In this document: positions 27,323 to 29,926 of the stretch, piece after piece
How positions within the stretch are numbered: position 1 is the first letter of the stretch
How the letters are laid out: each line of letters opens with the position of its first letter
Source: Ignisphaera sp.
GTDB lineage: Archaea; Thermoproteota; Thermoprotei_A; Sulfolobales; Ignisphaeraceae
DNA: 29,926 nucleotides
Reading direction: 5' to 3'
Assembly (NCBI GenBank): GCA_038821645.1
Contig: JAWBDT010000008.1
Span: forward strand, 29,256 to 59,181
Made by a program: the position numbers and the translations under genes
The notes under the pieces: model-generated
Told to the model about the DNA's origin: nothing
Databases searched by the model: none
Seen by the model: only the letters and a program-made list of their open reading frames with translations

Positions 27323-29251
27323 ATGGTTGTTAATATAGCGTGCCCTAGAGATTGCTACGATACATGTAGACTTAAGGTACATGTCGAGAATAGTAGGATC
27401 ACCAAGATTGCTGCTGATGACGATAGATATACCCAGGGGGTTCTATGCCCTAGAGCAGCAAAAGATATCGAGAGAGTTTACTCACCATTAAGAGTTCTCT
27501 ACCCCTCCGCTTCTGTAGGTAGAGGGGTTTTCAGGAGAATTGATTGGGATAACGCTATAGATCTTCTAGTATCTAGATTGATGGATGTACTAGAGAGGTA
27601 TGGTCCTAAGCATGTTCTTTTTCTAGAGTATGCTGGTAATAGAGGTATTCTGACTAGATATGCAAGTAGAAGACTATGGAATTACCTAGGCGTTACACAA
27701 ACTGATCGCAGTATATGTAACTACAGCGGCTCTAAAGCTCTCAAACTAGTATATGGCTCAACATATGGACTGTTTCCTGATGAGATAGATAGACTAAATA
27801 TGGCTATTGTTTGGGGCTTTAATCCAGCCGTAAGCGCTATTCATCTATGGAGAAGAATCCTCAAGATTATGGAGAGAAACGGGTACGTGGTAACACTAGA
27901 TGTGAGATCTACAGAAACAGCTAGACAGAGTAATTATTTCGTGAAAGTAAAGCCTGGAAGCGATGGTTATCTGGCTCTTGGATTAGCTAAATATCTTATT
28001 GATCAAGGGTATGTAGATAAAGAATTCATTGATAGTTACACATATGGATACCAAGAGTTTGTGAAGCATTTAGAGAAATACAGTCTAGACGTTGTAGAAA
28101 ATGTTACTGGTGTATCGAAACAAAAGATAGCTGAGATTGCCGAGATCATGGTTAACAGTAGACCTTTTGGCATATTTATTGGATACGGTATTCAGAGGAG
28201 ATATGGGGGTGGAGAAATAGTTCGAGCCATATCTATTCTACCAGCTTTACTAGGTATCCATAGAGGATTTTACTACAGTAATACTGAAGGAATATCTATT
28301 AATGTTGATGCTGTTGAAGGAATCAGACACAGGTTTGCAGATACTGTGAGTATGGAGAAGGTAGGCGAAGAACTTGCTAGAGGGGTATACAAGTTCGTGT
28401 ATATACATCTACATAATCCGGTAGCTACACTACCCAATGCATCCAAGGTTGTTGAGGGACTTTCTAGAGATGATGTTTTTGTTGTTGTTCATGAGACTCA
28501 TTGGAGTGATACAGCGAAAGTGGCTGATCTAGTTCTTCCAGCACCAACATTCTATGAGAAACTTGATCTAGTATTCAGCTATCTACACAATAATGTCTAC
28601 ATTAATCAGCCTGCAATAGAGCCTCTAGGAGAATCTATAGCTGAATACCAGCTTATGTGTGAAATAGCGAAACATGTTGTACCTGATAAGTATCAAGAGA
28701 TATGCCTAGATCCATACAGAGTATTCGAGATAGCTATAGGGGAAAAGAATCTAGAGAAGCTTCTAGCTAAGGGATATACAGAACTAGAGATCAAACCTAG
28801 AGAAGAGTATCAGACACCGACAAAAAGGATAGAGCTGTATAGCACAGTAGCTGAAAAACTAGGGTTACCACCTCTACCAACACCACCAGAAGGAGATAAA
28901 TGTGGTGAAGAAGAATTCGTACTGATAACTTCTGCACATCCACTCTATATACATACACAATTTGAGGAAGTTTATGGTGTCAACCAGAATTCTCTATACA
29001 TCAGTCGAGAAGATGCAGAAAAACTAGGGTTATCAGAAGGAGATTTAGTTGAAATCTATAATGATAGAGGATCTGCAGTAGTTAGGATACATATAGATAT
29101 GGGAATAAGTAGAGGAATTGTATGGACTTCTAGACAGATATACACAATAGATGGTAAGAGGATAAACGTTGTCCTCGACGATTGTGTAGATAGATATGGT
29201 GGAGCTACTCTTAATTCAACATGTATTAAAATAAGGAAGCTAGCTGTATGA
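27323..29251 (+). CDS. Molybdopterin (Mo/W-bisPGD) oxidoreductase catalytic subunit, uncharacterised subgroup
   Basis: CPRDCYDTC..LCPR [4Fe-4S] motif, RIDWD.A, SIC ligand region, WGFNP, PGSD..LALG, SDTA..ADLVLPA...EK, C-terminal dinucleotide-binding domain. No Tat signal. GGTGA SD. Confidence 0.92.
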   Translation: MVVNIACPRDCYDTCRLKVHVENSRITKIAADDDRYTQGVLCPRAAKDIERVYSPLRVLYPSASVGRGVFRRIDWDNAIDLLVSRLMDVLERYGPKHVLFLEYAGNRGILTRYASRRLWNYLGVTQTDRSICNYSGSKALKLVYGSTYGLFPDEIDRLNMAIVWGFNPAVSAIHLWRRILKIMERNGYVVTLDVRSTETARQSNYFVKVKPGSDGYLALGLAKYLIDQGYVDKEFIDSYTYGYQEFVKHLEKYSLDVVENVTGVSKQKIAEIAEIMVNSRPFGIFIGYGIQRRYGGGEIVRAISILPALLGIHRGFYYSNTEGISINVDAVEGIRHRFADTVSMEKVGEELARGVYKFVYIHLHNPVATLPNASKVVEGLSRDDVFVVVHETHWSDTAKVADLVLPAPTFYEKLDLVFSYLHNNVYINQPAIEPLGESIAEYQLMCEIAKHVVPDKYQEICLDPYRVFEIAIGEKNLEKLLAKGYTELEIKPREEYQTPTKRIELYSTVAEKLGLPPLPTPPEGDKCGEEEFVLITSAHPLYIHTQFEEVYGVNQNSLYISREDAEKLGLSEGDLVEIYNDRGSAVVRIHIDMGISRGIVWTSRQIYTIDGKRINVVLDDCVDRYGGATLNSTCIKIRKLAV

Positions 29252-29402
29252 GCTACATAGTGTTCATTATAGTTAACATAATATCGAAATTTAGTAGCTG
29301 TATACATTAACCATTGAATGTTATAGCTGAAGACATCGATACTACGTTGATTAGTATTGACTAGGGCTAAAGATTATAGAGATGTATGTAATTGTTTAGA
29401 CC

Positions 29403-29849
29403 CTACTTTAGTTTCTTGGCTATTTCTTCACCATATTCAGCTGCTTTCTGCATATCTTCTCTGCTTGGAGACTCTATACACCAAACACCATCACCGATAA
29501 AGATAATTCCATGCTCTTCTATAGCATCTCTTAAAGCTTGAACACACTTTACAGCACCTATCTCTGAACCTGCTGTACAAAGAGCTCCACCAATCTTTCC
29601 TCCAAGTTTTCCATAGACATCTATAGATTCATCTATATACTTCTTGATAGGCCATGCAGGAAGCCTAAAGTATGAAGGACTGGCAAAAACTATGGCATCA
29701 GCGTTCAGTAAATCACTTGTTTTTGCTTCATCAACATTCTTTACTATAACGTCTACACCATGAACTTTTCTAACACCTTCAACAAAACTTTCAACAAGTT
29801 TCTTTGTGTTACCTGTTCTCGAATAATAGATAACAAGTACTGTAGGTAT
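29403..29849 (-). CDS. Flavodoxin/WrbA-like FMN-binding protein with ATA in the start position
   Basis: Absent from the ORF track. Manual translation gives (M)PTVLVIYYSRTGNTKKLVE..ADAIVFASPSYF..LGGKIGGALCTAG..YGEEIAKKLK*, 148 aa. A GGTGA SD lies 6 nt before ATA and a TATA-like TTTATAT lies near 29890-29884. Confidence 0.88.
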   Translation of the reverse strand: MPTVLVIYYSRTGNTKKLVESFVEGVRKVHGVDVIVKNVDEAKTSDLLNADAIVFASPSYFRLPAWPIKKYIDESIDVYGKLGGKIGGALCTAGSEIGAVKCVQALRDAIEEHGIIFIGDGVWCIESPSREDMQKAAEYGEEIAKKLK

Positions 29850-29926
29850 TGTGGATCACCATACAGTATCTCATAGGACCTCATATAAATACCTGTATCT
29901 CAATCAATGATCGACAGTTTGATGAA

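Noticed and set aside
29866-29902. GTATCTCA direct repeat flanking the flavodoxin TATA box
   Set aside because: Only 8 bp and two copies; too weak to call an operator.
1-29926. CRISPR array, tRNA/rRNA, intact transposon or defence island
   Set aside because: No regularly spaced repeats, no GC-rich structured RNA tract and no intact transposase or integrase. The ATPase and DUF429 are common scattered archaeal genes separated by a CDF gene.

Overview
This is an AT-rich archaeal window with GGTGA-type Shine-Dalgarno (SD) sites, TTG/GTG starts and abundant CTAG/TCTAGA/AGCT palindromes. It is most consistent with a Desulfurococcales/Ignisphaera-like crenarchaeon (inference, not a database result). 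It is a metabolic/transport patchwork: Cu-type P1B ATPase, interrupted LarE-like sulfur transferase, truncated GPN-loop GTPase, metallophosphoesterase, class II aldolase plus L-fucose-isomerase-like gene, orphan BtuF-like protein, broken CPBP (CAAX) protease, YdjM-like hydrolase, archaeal ATPase, CDF transporter, DUF429, GH5-like glycosidase, ArsB/NhaD transporter, three small membrane proteins, an ABC transmembrane domain with no ATPase, M20 hydrolase, AlaX and an MFS-like carrier. The best candidate for an undescribed system is the right-hand redox cluster: a multi-Fe-S radical SAM enzyme divergent from an orphan molybdopterin oxidoreductase, next to a flavodoxin that the ORF track missed because it starts with ATA. 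There are several pseudogenes, and many lesions at conserved codons look like single G>A or C>T transitions. No tRNA, rRNA, CRISPR array or intact mobile element was seen.
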